Shown piece by piece: positions 45,423-57,093 of a DNA stretch of 64,000 nucleotides (positions are counted from its first letter, which is position 1; each line of letters opens with the position of its first letter). The DNA is taken from assembly GCF_020402745.1 (NCBI RefSeq), contig NZ_JADBYZ010000024.1. The stretch is one strand, 5' to 3'. The notes beneath the pieces were generated by a model. That model saw only the letters and a program-made list of their open reading frames with translations. It searched no databases and had not been told where the DNA came from. The position numbers and the translations under genes were made by a program. The DNA is from Phenylobacterium sp. GTDB taxonomy: Bacteria > Pseudomonadota > Alphaproteobacteria > Caulobacterales > Caulobacteraceae.

Positions 45423-46883
45423 TCAGCCCCCGGCGCCGCCTACCGTCAGGCCGGTGATCTTCAACGAGGGCTGGCCCACGCCCACCGGCACCGACTGGCC
45501 TGACTTGCCGCAGACCCCGACGCCGGGGTCGAAGTCGAAATCGTCGCCGATCATGGTCACCCGGGTCAGGGCCGTCGGGCCGTCGCCGATGAGGGTCGCG
45601 CCCTTCACCGGCCGGGTGATCCGGCCGTCCTCGATCAGGTAGGCCTCCGTGCACTGGAAGACGAACTTGCCGTTGGTGATGTCCACCTGGCCCCCGCCGA
45701 AGTTGGCGCAGTAGAGGCCGCGGCGGGTGGAGGCGATCATTTCCTCGCGGGGAGTCGAGCCTCCCTCCATGGCCGTGTTGGTCATCCGTGGCATGGGGAT
45801 GTGGGCGTAGGACTGGCGGCGGCCGTTGCCCGTCGTCTTCAGGCCCATCAGGCGGGCGCTCATGCGGTCGTGCATGTAGCCCACCAGGATCCCGTCTTCG
45901 ATCAGGATGGTCCGTTCCGTCGGGGTTCCCTCGTCGTCGACGGACAGGGAGCCGCGGCGACCGGGCAGGGAGCCGTCATCATAGACCGTGACCCCGCGGG
46001 CGGCGACCTGCTCGCCGATGCGGCCGGAAAAGGCCGAGGAGCCCTTGCGGTTGAAGTCGCCCTCCAGCCCATGGCCCACCGCCTCGTGAAGGAGGACGCC
46101 GTTCCAGCCCGCGCCCAGCACCACATCCATCTCGCCTGCCGGGCAGGGGCCGGCTTCCAGGTTGACCAGGGCCTGGCGAAGGGCCTCTTCAGCCTGGGCC
46201 CGCCAGCGGTCCGGCGCGATCCAGGCCTCGAACCCGGCCCGCCCGCCGGCGCCGGCGTAGCCTGTCTCCCGGCGACCGTCGTGCTCGACCGTGATCTGGA
46301 CATTGATCCGCGCCAGGGGCCGAACGTCGCGGATCAGCCGACCATCGGCGCGGAGGATCTCAACCGTCCTCTGCTCGCCGGCGAGGGAGGCCATGACCTG
46401 CACCACCCGGGGATCGCGGGCGCGGCACCAGGCGTCGATTTCCTGAAGCAGGGCGACTTTGGACTCAAAGTCGGGCGAGTCGGTGGGGTCGATGTCCTCA
46501 TAAAGGCGTTGATTGGTCGGGCGTGGCCCCGCATCGGTCTTGCCGGAATATCCGCGCCGGGCCAGGGCGGCCGAGCCCGCCGCCCGTTTCAGCGCGGCCT
46601 CAGAAACTTCGCTGGAATGGGCGTAGCCGGCCGATTCGCCGGCCACGACGCGGAGCCCGAAGCCGTCGGAGGTGTCGAAGGCTGCGGACTTCAGACGCCC
46701 GTCATCGAACAGGAAGGATTCGCTGCGCGAGCGCTCCAGGAAGATTTCGCCATCGTCGGCATCCCCGATCGCCTCCGAAAGCACCTGTCGGGCCGTCTCC
46801 TGGGCCAGACCATGGGTGTCGAGGAGAGAGGCGGATTCAGGTAGGCGGGACATGCGGGACTCCGTCAGTAGGCTCTCGCTCAC
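45423..46883 (-). CDS. tldD: Metalloprotease TldD
   Basis: 486 aa. It has HEAVGHGLEGD (HExxxH-like) and RRQSYAHIPMPRMTNT. Confidence 0.9.
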   Translation of the reverse strand: MSESLLTESRMSRLPESASLLDTHGLAQETARQVLSEAIGDADDGEIFLERSRSESFLFDDGRLKSAAFDTSDGFGLRVVAGESAGYAHSSEVSEAALKRAAGSAALARRGYSGKTDAGPRPTNQRLYEDIDPTDSPDFESKVALLQEIDAWCRARDPRVVQVMASLAGEQRTVEILRADGRLIRDVRPLARINVQITVEHDGRRETGYAGAGGRAGFEAWIAPDRWRAQAEEALRQALVNLEAGPCPAGEMDVVLGAGWNGVLLHEAVGHGLEGDFNRKGSSAFSGRIGEQVAARGVTVYDDGSLPGRRGSLSVDDEGTPTERTILIEDGILVGYMHDRMSARLMGLKTTGNGRRQSYAHIPMPRMTNTAMEGGSTPREEMIASTRRGLYCANFGGGQVDITNGKFVFQCTEAYLIEDGRITRPVKGATLIGDGPTALTRVTMIGDDFDFDPGVGVCGKSGQSVPVGVGQPSLKITGLTVGGAGG

Positions 46884-47082
46884 AGATAGGACGCGCTGGC
46901 CCCTGCGTCACCCTGTATGGGCGGCGGGAATGGCGCTGGGACCGCTTGGCAAGCGGGGCGCGAGCGCGTATCTACCCCCCGCGAGAGACCCGACTTCGGC
47001 CAACTGGCCGGGCGGACCTCGTAGACGTCGGCGGGGCCGCCCTCCCGGGCCGGAGCCGTCCGCGAGCAGAGACCGAGGGGAC

Positions 47083-49693
<2,611 letters not shown>

Positions 49694-49698
49694 TCGCG

Positions 49699-49720
49699 CC
49701 GGCCTGGTTCAACAGGCCGG
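49699..49720 (+). terminator. Hairpin 1 in the ctaD-ctaB spacer
   Basis: CCGGCCTG-gttcaa-CAGGCCGG forms a perfect 8-bp stem starting 6 nt after the ctaD stop. There is no U-tract. Confidence 0.35.
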
Positions 49721-49738
49721 ACTGAATAACCACATTGG

Positions 49739-49772
49739 GGGGCGCGGGCCGGTCTGATCCGGTGCGCGCCCC
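49739..49772 (+). terminator. Hairpin 2 in the ctaD-ctaB spacer
   Basis: GGGGCGCG...CGCGCCCC forms an outer 8-bp stem, and an inner GCCGG/CCGGT stem closes a tctgat loop. It is followed by TCTCCGTGTC. Confidence 0.35.
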
Positions 49773-49797
49773 TCTCCGTGTCAGGTAACCAGGTCAG

Positions 49798-50775
49798 ATG
49801 ACCCCGCCCGCCGCCGTTCCGACTGTATCGCCCGCCCGCTGGCAGGACTTTGTCCAGTTGCTCAAGCCCCGGGTCATGTCCCTGGTGGTCTTTACAGCAG
49901 CGACCGGGCTGATCTGCGCCGGGGCGCCCATCCACCCCGTGATGGGTGCGATTGCGATCCTGTGCATCGCGGTGGGGGCGGGCGCGTCGGCGTCGCTGAA
50001 CATGTGGTACGACGCCGACATCGACGCGCGGATGCGCCGGACCCGCGGTCGTCCGGTTCCGGCCGGTCGGGTCCAGTCCGCGGATGCGCTCGCGCTCGGG
50101 ATCGTCCTCTCGCTGTTCTCCGTCATGCTTCTGGGCCTGGCCCTGAACTGGCTGGCCGCTGGCCTCCTGGCCTTCACCATCTTCTTCTACGCCGTCGTCT
50201 ACACCATGTGGCTGAAGCGCTGGACGGCGCAGAACATCGTGATCGGCGGCCTTGCGGGGGCCCTCCCGCCGGTCATCGGCTGGGCCGCCGCTGCAGGCCA
50301 GGCGCCCCTGGACGCCTGGATCCTCTGCGCCATCATCTTCATGTGGACGCCGCCCCACTTCTGGGCCCTGTCCCTCTACACCAGCGAGGACTACGCCGCC
50401 GCCGGCGTGCCCATGCTGCCGGTCACGGCGGGCGCGGCCGTTACCCGGCGCCAGATCTGGATCTATAGCCTGCTCCTCATTCCGGTGTGCCTCGCGCCAG
50501 CCGCCACCGGACTGGGAGGCGCCGCCTACTTGGCGGTGGCCGCCCTGGGCGGGGCCGTCTTCCTGCTGCTCGCCTGGCGGGTCCGTATGGGCCGTGCCGG
50601 AGACGCCGCAGATCCCCGGGTGACCGACGGCCTCTATGACGTGAAGGCGGCGGCGCGGGACGCCCGCAACCTCTTCGCCTACTCCATCCTCTACCTGACT
50701 CTTCTCTTCGCCACGCTCCTGGGGGAACACCTCCTGGGTGGGGCGGCCCCCGGACTTCCAGGAGGTCTGACATGA
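49798..50775 (+). CDS. ctaB: Protoheme IX farnesyltransferase (heme O synthase)
   Basis: 325 aa UbiA-superfamily membrane protein. It has NMWYDADIDARMRRTRGRP and TPPHFWAL, and it sits in the cox cluster. Confidence 0.9.
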   Translation: MTPPAAVPTVSPARWQDFVQLLKPRVMSLVVFTAATGLICAGAPIHPVMGAIAILCIAVGAGASASLNMWYDADIDARMRRTRGRPVPAGRVQSADALALGIVLSLFSVMLLGLALNWLAAGLLAFTIFFYAVVYTMWLKRWTAQNIVIGGLAGALPPVIGWAAAAGQAPLDAWILCAIIFMWTPPHFWALSLYTSEDYAAAGVPMLPVTAGAAVTRRQIWIYSLLLIPVCLAPAATGLGGAAYLAVAALGGAVFLLLAWRVRMGRAGDAADPRVTDGLYDVKAAARDARNLFAYSILYLTLLFATLLGEHLLGGAAPGLPGGLT

Positions 50776-50948
50776 CAGAGCCTGACGCCGAAACGACGGC
50801 CTTGGCGCCGGTTGCGGACGATGCTCCTCACCGAGCCCGCCGCGGAAGGAATCTGGCCATCGCCCTGGGGTTGGTCGGGTTCGTCGTGCTGGTCTACCTC
50901 GTTACAGTCTTCAGGATGGGTGGAAATGTCCTCGACCGACCCCTTTGA
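50772..50948 (+). CDS. Small single-TM protein between ctaB and ctaG (58 aa)
   Basis: This ORF is not in the supplied track because it is under 60 aa. The sequence is MTEPDAETTALAPVADDAPHRARRGRNLAIALGLVGFVVLVYLVTVFRMGGNVLDRPL. The ATG overlaps the ctaB stop (ATGA), and the stop lies 23 nt inside ctaG. Confidence 0.4.
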   Translation: MTEPDAETTALAPVADDAPHRARRGRNLAIALGLVGFVVLVYLVTVFRMGGNVLDRPL

Positions 50949-51531
50949 TGTCTCTCGCCGAAACACCCGGGTGGCTGCGTATTGCGCCGCCGGTTTTGTG
51001 GCCATGATTGGAGCCGCGTACGCCTCGGTTCCGCTTTACCGGGCCTTCTGCCAGCTGACCGGCTTTGACGGCACCCCCCGCCGGGCCGAGCAGGCGTCTG
51101 CGACAACTCTGGAACGGAATCTGGTCGTTCGCTTCGACGCCAACGTCCGGGAACTTCCCTGGAGCTTCCGGGCGCAGCAGACTTCCCAGACCCTCCGGAT
51201 CGGACAGACCGGCCTCGCCTACTTCACGGTGACCAACAACAGCGACCAGCCCGTCACCGGCCACGCGGTCTACAATGTCACCCCCCAACTCGCGGGCGCC
51301 TACTTCCAGAAGCTTGAGTGCTTCTGCTTTTCGAACCAGACCATCCCCGCGGGCAAGACGATTGAGTTTCCAGTGGTCTACTTCGTCGATCCGAAGTTCG
51401 CAGAGGACTTCGACACCCGGGGCAAGTCAGAGGTAACCCTGTCATACACCTTCTTCCCGGCGCAGGATGCAGCGCCCAAGGCCGCGCAAGCGCCATCCGC
51501 CCTTGGCGGAATGCCGAAAGCGGGGCTATAG
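50926..51531 (+). CDS. ctaG: Cytochrome c oxidase assembly protein CtaG/Cox11
   Basis: I placed the start at ATG 50926 (MSSTDPFDVSRRNTRVAAYC...). It has one TM segment, VPLYRAFCQLTGFDGT, and the copper-binding motif KLECFCF. Confidence 0.9.
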   Translation: MSSTDPFDVSRRNTRVAAYCAAGFVAMIGAAYASVPLYRAFCQLTGFDGTPRRAEQASATTLERNLVVRFDANVRELPWSFRAQQTSQTLRIGQTGLAYFTVTNNSDQPVTGHAVYNVTPQLAGAYFQKLECFCFSNQTIPAGKTIEFPVVYFVDPKFAEDFDTRGKSEVTLSYTFFPAQDAAPKAAQAPSALGGMPKAGL

Positions 51532-51605
51532 GGACACGATCAGAAGCGTTCACCGGGTCTGCGACTCACCGGGCGGACCGAGGCAGTAAGAGGAACAGGG
51601 GCGCA

Positions 51606-52484
51606 ATGTCTGCGGGCGACGTCAAACACGACTACCATCTCGTCAATCCCAGCCCCTGGCCGCTGGTGGGTTCGATCGCCGCCTGCGTGATGGCGGTCGG
51701 CGGCGTCATCGCCATGAAGGGGCTGTTTGGTCTGCCCAAGGGCGATCTGACGGTGTTGCTGGCCGGCTTTGCCGGCGTGCTTCTGACCATGGCCGGCTGG
51801 TGGCGGGATGTCACTGTCGAGGCCAACCAGGGCGACCACACCCCCGTTGTCGGCATTGGCCTGCGCTACGGCATGATCATGTTCATCGCCTCCGAGGTGA
51901 TGTTCTTCGTGGCCTGGTTCTGGATCTTCTTCGAGATGGCCCTCTTCAGCGAGTTTCGCACCCAATCGGGGATCGAGGAGGTCCGGCAAGCCTGGGCGAC
52001 CTGGCCACCCAAGGGCGTCGAGACGGTGCCGGCCTGGAACCTGCCCCTGCTCAACACCCTGATCCTCCTGCTCTCGGGCACCACAGTGACCTGGGCGCAC
52101 CATGCGCTTCAAAGCGGCGACAGAAGGGGCGCAAAGATTGGCGTCCTGCTGACCGTGATCCTCGGCGCCATCTTCACAGCCGTTCAGGTCTACGAGTACT
52201 ATCACATCCTCGATCACAAGTACTTCTTCGGCGGGGAGGGCGCAGAGAACTCCGGCCTCTACGGTTCAGCCTTCTTCATGGCCACCGGCTTCCACGGCTT
52301 CCACGTTCTGATCGGAACCCTCTTCCTCCTGGTCTGCCTTGGGCGTCTGATGGGGACCGGCTTCACCCCCAAGCAGCACTTCGGCTTCGAGGCTGCGGCC
52401 TGGTACTGGCACTTCGTCGACGTGGTGTGGCTGTTCCTCTTCGCCTTCATCTACGTGGTGTTCGGCGCCTCGGGCGGACACTGA
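51606..52484 (+). CDS. ctaE: Cytochrome c oxidase subunit III
   Basis: 292 aa with 7 TM segments. It has YHLVNPSPWPL and GFHGFHVLIGT. Confidence 0.92.
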   Translation: MSAGDVKHDYHLVNPSPWPLVGSIAACVMAVGGVIAMKGLFGLPKGDLTVLLAGFAGVLLTMAGWWRDVTVEANQGDHTPVVGIGLRYGMIMFIASEVMFFVAWFWIFFEMALFSEFRTQSGIEEVRQAWATWPPKGVETVPAWNLPLLNTLILLLSGTTVTWAHHALQSGDRRGAKIGVLLTVILGAIFTAVQVYEYYHILDHKYFFGGEGAENSGLYGSAFFMATGFHGFHVLIGTLFLLVCLGRLMGTGFTPKQHFGFEAAAWYWHFVDVVWLFLFAFIYVVFGASGGH

Positions 52485-52490
52485 CTTCCG

Positions 52491-52850
52491 GTGGCCGGCG
52501 TGAACCCCCTTCTGGCGGGGCTCGCCGGTCGCTGTCCCCATTGCGGGGAGGGCGCCCTCTTCCGGGGGTTTCTCACCGTAGCGGACCATTGCGAGGCCTG
52601 TGGCTACGATTTCAGCCGCGCTGACCCGGGCGATGGCCCTGCTGTCTTCGTCATGCTGATCGGCGGCTTCATCGTCGCCTTCGCCGCCCTCTTCACCGAG
52701 ATCGCCTACCGCCCCCCCATCTGGGTTCACCTTGCCGTCTTCCTGCCCATGACTGTGGGGGTTTGCGTGGGACTCCTGCGCCCCATGAAGGGCGTGCTCC
52801 TGGCGGCGCAGTTCGCCAACCAGGCGGCGGAATCCCGCCATGAGGACTGA
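52491..52850 (+). CDS. DUF983 family membrane protein
   Basis: 119 aa from a GTG start. It has the Zn-ribbon-like motifs CPHCGEGALF...CEACGYDF followed by two TM helices. This is its usual position in alphaproteobacterial cox clusters. Confidence 0.7.
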   Translation: MAGVNPLLAGLAGRCPHCGEGALFRGFLTVADHCEACGYDFSRADPGDGPAVFVMLIGGFIVAFAALFTEIAYRPPIWVHLAVFLPMTVGVCVGLLRPMKGVLLAAQFANQAAESRHED

Positions 52851-53571
52851 GCCTGTCGATCGGACCCGTTTTCCAATGGGCCTGACGCTCGCCACGGTGA
52901 TCGGACTCGCCATTCTTGTGGCGCTTGGCATGTGGCAACTCCAACGCCTGACCTGGAAGGAAGCCCTCCTCACCCGGATCGCCAAGCTTGAGACTGCAGC
53001 TCCCATCTCCGTAGCGACGGCTCTGGACCGGGCCGCCTCACCGGCGGACCTCGACATGGTCCGGGTCCGGGTGGACTGCCCCGGACTGTCCCGCGCCGCC
53101 TATGTCGAACTCTTCGGACTGAAGGACGGGACTGCAGGTCGGCGGTTGATCTCCGCCTGCCCGGTGGCTTCCAGTCGGTACCGAAGCCTGCTGGTCGACC
53201 GGGGGTTTGTGGCGGAGGATGTTTCTGCGCGGCCAGGGCAGGAAGGTCCGCTGGGTCCGGTTTCGGTGACCGGGGTGCTAAGGGTTCCGGACTCGCCCAG
53301 CGTCTTTACGCCCAAGGCCGACCCCGCCGGCCGGCTGTGGTTCAACCGCGACATTCCCGCCATGGCTGCGACGCTTGGCGCGTCTCAACCCGCGCCGGTC
53401 ATGCTGATGGCCGAAACCGCCTCCAACCCCGAGTTCTCCGCCCTGTCGCCCGCACCCATTCCGGCGGCCATCTCCAACCGCCACCTGGAATACGCCCTGA
53501 CCTGGTTCGGCCTTGCCGCAGCCCTGCTCGGCGTATACGGCGCGCTCCTCCGCAAGCACTTCAGAAGCTGA
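52840..53571 (+). CDS. SURF1 family cytochrome oxidase biogenesis protein
   Basis: 243 aa. TM segments sit at both ends around a periplasmic core (LVDRGFV ... NRHLEYALTWFGLA). Confidence 0.82.
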   Translation: MRTEPVDRTRFPMGLTLATVIGLAILVALGMWQLQRLTWKEALLTRIAKLETAAPISVATALDRAASPADLDMVRVRVDCPGLSRAAYVELFGLKDGTAGRRLISACPVASSRYRSLLVDRGFVAEDVSARPGQEGPLGPVSVTGVLRVPDSPSVFTPKADPAGRLWFNRDIPAMAATLGASQPAPVMLMAETASNPEFSALSPAPIPAAISNRHLEYALTWFGLAAALLGVYGALLRKHFRS

Positions 53572-54959
53572 TGCGTTACATCTCCACCCGTGGCGGCTCG
53601 CCTCCTGTCGGCTTCGTCGAGGCCGTACTCGCCGGTCTGGCGCCGGATGGCGGGCTCTACGTCCCGGAGACCTGGCCGACCTTCGACCAGGAGGAGATCG
53701 CCGCCTTTGCGGGCCAGACGTATGCCGAGGTGGCGGCTGCGGTCCTGGGAAGGTTTGCCGGCGACGAGATCCCGCAGGCGGACCTGGCGCGGATGTGCCA
53801 CGAGGCCTACGCAGCCTTTAACCATCCGGCCGTGGTTCCCCTGGTGCAGCTGGGTTCCGACGTCTTCCTGGCCGAGCTGTTCCACGGACCCAGCCTGGCC
53901 TTCAAGGACGTGGCCATGCAACTCCTGGCCCGGCTGTCCGACCATGTCCTGGAGCAGGCGGGACGCACCCAGACCATCCTCTGCGCGACGTCGGGCGACA
54001 CCGGCGGGGCGGCTGTGGAGGCCTTTCGTGGCCGGGCCAATACGCGGATCGTCGCCATGTTCCCCGACGGGCGGATCTCTGAGGTCCAGCGCCGCTTCAT
54101 GACCACCGCCGTCGAGGACAATGTCAGGTGCCTTGCCGTGGCCGGGGACTTCGATGCCTGCCAGGCCATTCTGAAGACCGCCCTGGCGGACTCCCAGCTC
54201 CAGAAGGCCGTGGGCCTCTCAGCCGTCAACTCCATCAACTTCGCCCGGATCGTCGCCCAGTCGGTCTATTACGTCACCACGGCCGTCGCCCTCGGCGCGC
54301 CGCATAGGCCCGTCGCCTTCGCCGTTCCCTCAGGCAATTTCGGGGATGGCTTTGCGGGGTATGTGGCCCATCGCATGGGCCTTCCAGTCAGCAGGATCCT
54401 GATCGCCACCAACGCCAACGACATCCTGGCACGGACCTTCGCGACCGGGACCTACGCCCGAGGTCTGGTGGCCGAGACCCAGTCGCCGGCCATGGACATC
54501 CAGTCCGCCTCCAACTTCGAGCGACTTTTCTTCGAGGCCACGGGACGGGACGGGGCGGCGACGGCTGCAGCCTTCACAGGCTTTGCGGCCGGGCGTGACA
54601 TCGTGACCCCGCCGGAGGCCCTGGCCGCGATGACGGCTCTCTTCGCCGGAGCCTCGACGGATGAAGCGGCCACGGCCGAGCAAATGCGCCGGACTCTTGC
54701 CGAGACCGGCCAGACCGTAGACCCCCACACGGCGGTAGCGCTCTCCGCTCTGCGGCGGACCCCAGGGCCAGGTCCCACCGTCGTCCTGGCGACGGCGCAT
54801 CCAGCCAAGTTCCCGGAAGCGGTGCAGGCGGCGACCGGCCAGCCGCCCGCCACGCCGGTCCGGGCCCGGTCCCTCGCGGAACGCCCGGAACGTTTCGAAC
54901 GCATCGCCGCCGATGCGGGAAAGGTCGCCGCCTATGTTCGGGCCTTCGCTGGGGGCTGA
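53571..54959 (+). CDS. thrC: Threonine synthase
   Basis: I placed the start at ATG 53571 (MRYISTRGGSPPVGFVEAVLAGLAPDGGLYVP). The PLP lysine context is GPSLAFKDVAMQ, and SGDTGGAA is present. The ATG overlaps the SURF1 stop by 1 nt. Confidence 0.92.
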   Translation: MRYISTRGGSPPVGFVEAVLAGLAPDGGLYVPETWPTFDQEEIAAFAGQTYAEVAAAVLGRFAGDEIPQADLARMCHEAYAAFNHPAVVPLVQLGSDVFLAELFHGPSLAFKDVAMQLLARLSDHVLEQAGRTQTILCATSGDTGGAAVEAFRGRANTRIVAMFPDGRISEVQRRFMTTAVEDNVRCLAVAGDFDACQAILKTALADSQLQKAVGLSAVNSINFARIVAQSVYYVTTAVALGAPHRPVAFAVPSGNFGDGFAGYVAHRMGLPVSRILIATNANDILARTFATGTYARGLVAETQSPAMDIQSASNFERLFFEATGRDGAATAAAFTGFAAGRDIVTPPEALAAMTALFAGASTDEAATAEQMRRTLAETGQTVDPHTAVALSALRRTPGPGPTVVLATAHPAKFPEAVQAATGQPPATPVRARSLAERPERFERIAADAGKVAAYVRAFAGG

Positions 54960-56241
54960 CACGCCCCGGATTCACACCCTGTCCAACGGCGTCCGGCTGG
55001 TCTGTGACCCAACGCCCGGCGCCCACACCGTCGCCTTGGTCGCCGCGGCGGGTCGAGGGGCGCGGAGTGAGGGGGCGCGGGAGTCCGGCTGGTCGCACCT
55101 GCTCGAGCATATGGTCTTCAAGGGCGCAGCGGGCCGCAACGCCCGCCAGCTGGCCGAGGCGATCGAGGCCGGCGGCGGACAGATGAACGCCGAAACCGGG
55201 TTCGAGCGGACGGTCTTTCACGTCCGGACCCTTCCCGAGGGGCTGGACGGCGCCTCCGCCCTCCTTTCGGACATCCTCCTGCGTCCAACCCTCGATCCAG
55301 AAGACCTGAAGCGGGAGCGTCGGGTGGTTCTTCAGGAGATCGCCGAAGCTGAGGACGCCCCGGATGATCTCGTCTTCGAGATGGCCCAGGCGGTCGCCTT
55401 CGCGGACCAGGCCCTGGGGCGCTGCATCCTGGGCGACGCGTCCAGCCTCCAGCGGGCGGATGTCGCCGGCCTTCGCGAGTGGCGCCGGTCGCTCTATGCG
55501 CCGGACCGCCTTGTGGTCGTGGCTTCGGGCGCCGTGGACGAAGACGCCCTGCTGCGTCTGGCGGAGCGGGATTTCGCCACCGCCGAGCCTGCCCCATCTT
55601 CTTCTCCGCCCCCTGCACAGTTCACGGGGGGCGTCCGAACAGACGACCGCGAGCTCGAGCAGGCCAACCTGGTGTTCCTGTGCCCCGGCCTTGCGGCGAC
55701 CGACCCCGACGCCTGGGCGGCGCAGGTCTTCGTGGAGTGCCTCGGCGGCGGCATGGCCTCGCGACTTTTCCAGGAAGCCCGGGAGGCTCGCGGCCTGGCC
55801 TACGCCGTCGACGCCTGGGGTGAGTTCTGGTCCGACTGCGGCATGATCGGCGTCTTTGCAGGCTGCGAGGCCGGGAGCGCAAGCGAACTCGCAGCCGTGG
55901 CCGCCGGCCAGATGCAAGACCTCGCTGGGGCGCCCCGCGAAGCGGAGCTCGCCCGCGCGCGGGCCCAGCTCAAGGCCGGACAGTTCATGGCGGCGGAGTC
56001 CCTCCTGACCCGGGCGGAACAGGCGGCACATCAGATTCTGACCCATGGGCGCCTCATCCCGCCGTCGGAGATCGCCGCCCGGATTGACGCCTGCGACGCC
56101 GCCGCGGTGAAGCGGGCGGGCGCGCGCCTGCTCGAGTCGGGCCTTGCCGCGGCAGCGGTCCTGGGTCCTGAAGCGGCCCATCCTGCGGCGGAAGCTTTCC
56201 GGGACGCCCTGAAGGCTGGGCCGCCCTTGACCCAGCGATGA
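54934..56241 (+). CDS. M16-family zinc peptidase (pitrilysin/insulinase-like)
   Basis: It has the inverted zinc motif HLLEHMVFKG (HxxEH). An alternative start is 54913. It overlaps the thrC end. Confidence 0.88.
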   Translation: MFGPSLGADTPRIHTLSNGVRLVCDPTPGAHTVALVAAAGRGARSEGARESGWSHLLEHMVFKGAAGRNARQLAEAIEAGGGQMNAETGFERTVFHVRTLPEGLDGASALLSDILLRPTLDPEDLKRERRVVLQEIAEAEDAPDDLVFEMAQAVAFADQALGRCILGDASSLQRADVAGLREWRRSLYAPDRLVVVASGAVDEDALLRLAERDFATAEPAPSSSPPPAQFTGGVRTDDRELEQANLVFLCPGLAATDPDAWAAQVFVECLGGGMASRLFQEAREARGLAYAVDAWGEFWSDCGMIGVFAGCEAGSASELAAVAAGQMQDLAGAPREAELARARAQLKAGQFMAAESLLTRAEQAAHQILTHGRLIPPSEIAARIDACDAAAVKRAGARLLESGLAAAAVLGPEAAHPAAEAFRDALKAGPPLTQR

Positions 56242-56276
56242 CTTGACGGACGGGAAAAACCTCGGAGTTTGCCATC

Positions 56277-56888
56277 ATGGCGCTTCTGGACTGGATCACG
56301 CCAGGCGATAGCCTGAGGCTGCAGGGGGACGGGATCGAGATCCGCCCGCCGAGGCCATCGGACTTTCCCGAGTGGAGCGAGTTGAGGCGCGCCTCCAGAT
56401 CCTTCTTGCAGCCCTGGGAGCCCACCTGGCCGGAGGACGACCTCACCCGCGCCGCCTGGCGTCGGCGCCTCGCCTCCTACGCCCGAGATATTGATCTTGG
56501 CTTGACCTACCCTTTCCTTGTTTTCCGGAAGGGCGACGGCGCCATGACCGGGGGCATCACTCTGTCCAATGTCCGGCGCGGCGTCGCGCAAATGGGAACG
56601 CTGGGATACTGGTGCGGCTCCGGATTCACGCGACAGGGGCACACCCTGGCCGCCGTACGCACCCTCTCACTCTTCGCCTTCCGAACCCTGGCCCTCCACC
56701 GACTGGAGGCCGCCTGCCTGCCCGAGAACACGCCGTCCCGACGATTACTGGGCCAGGCGCGGTTCGAGGAGGAGGGACTCGCCCGGGCGTACCTCAAGAT
56801 CAACGGCGATTGGCGGGATCATGTCCTGTTCGGACGGGTTGCACCGCCGCCTCCCGGTAACGGTGCAAGTTCAAGACTCTCCGCCTGA
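56277..56888 (+). CDS. GNAT family N-acetyltransferase (RimJ/RimL-like)
   Basis: 203 aa. The acetyl-CoA binding region is LGYWCGSGFTRQGHTLAAV, and the C-terminus reads NGDWRDHVLFG. Confidence 0.8.
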   Translation: MALLDWITPGDSLRLQGDGIEIRPPRPSDFPEWSELRRASRSFLQPWEPTWPEDDLTRAAWRRRLASYARDIDLGLTYPFLVFRKGDGAMTGGITLSNVRRGVAQMGTLGYWCGSGFTRQGHTLAAVRTLSLFAFRTLALHRLEAACLPENTPSRRLLGQARFEEEGLARAYLKINGDWRDHVLFGRVAPPPPGNGASSRLSA

Positions 56889-57093
56889 CCCTTACCGCGC
56901 GGGTCGGTGACGGCGTGGAGAGCGCCCAGCCAGCGCCCAGCCCGCATGTCGTTCCTGCGTCCTCGGGTGCAGATAGGGACGGGAAACCGACCCTGCGCCG
57001 GCCCTCACCCGGCAGGAGTCTAAGGTCAATCTGAGTCAACGCCATATGGACGGGGCCGCGTCCCCGACGCCCAGGGGCTGAGGGCCCCAGGCC

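Noticed and set aside
54574-56181. 535-aa minus-strand ORF.
   Set aside because: It is antisense to the M16 peptidase (HxxEH motif on the plus strand) and the thrC 3' end.
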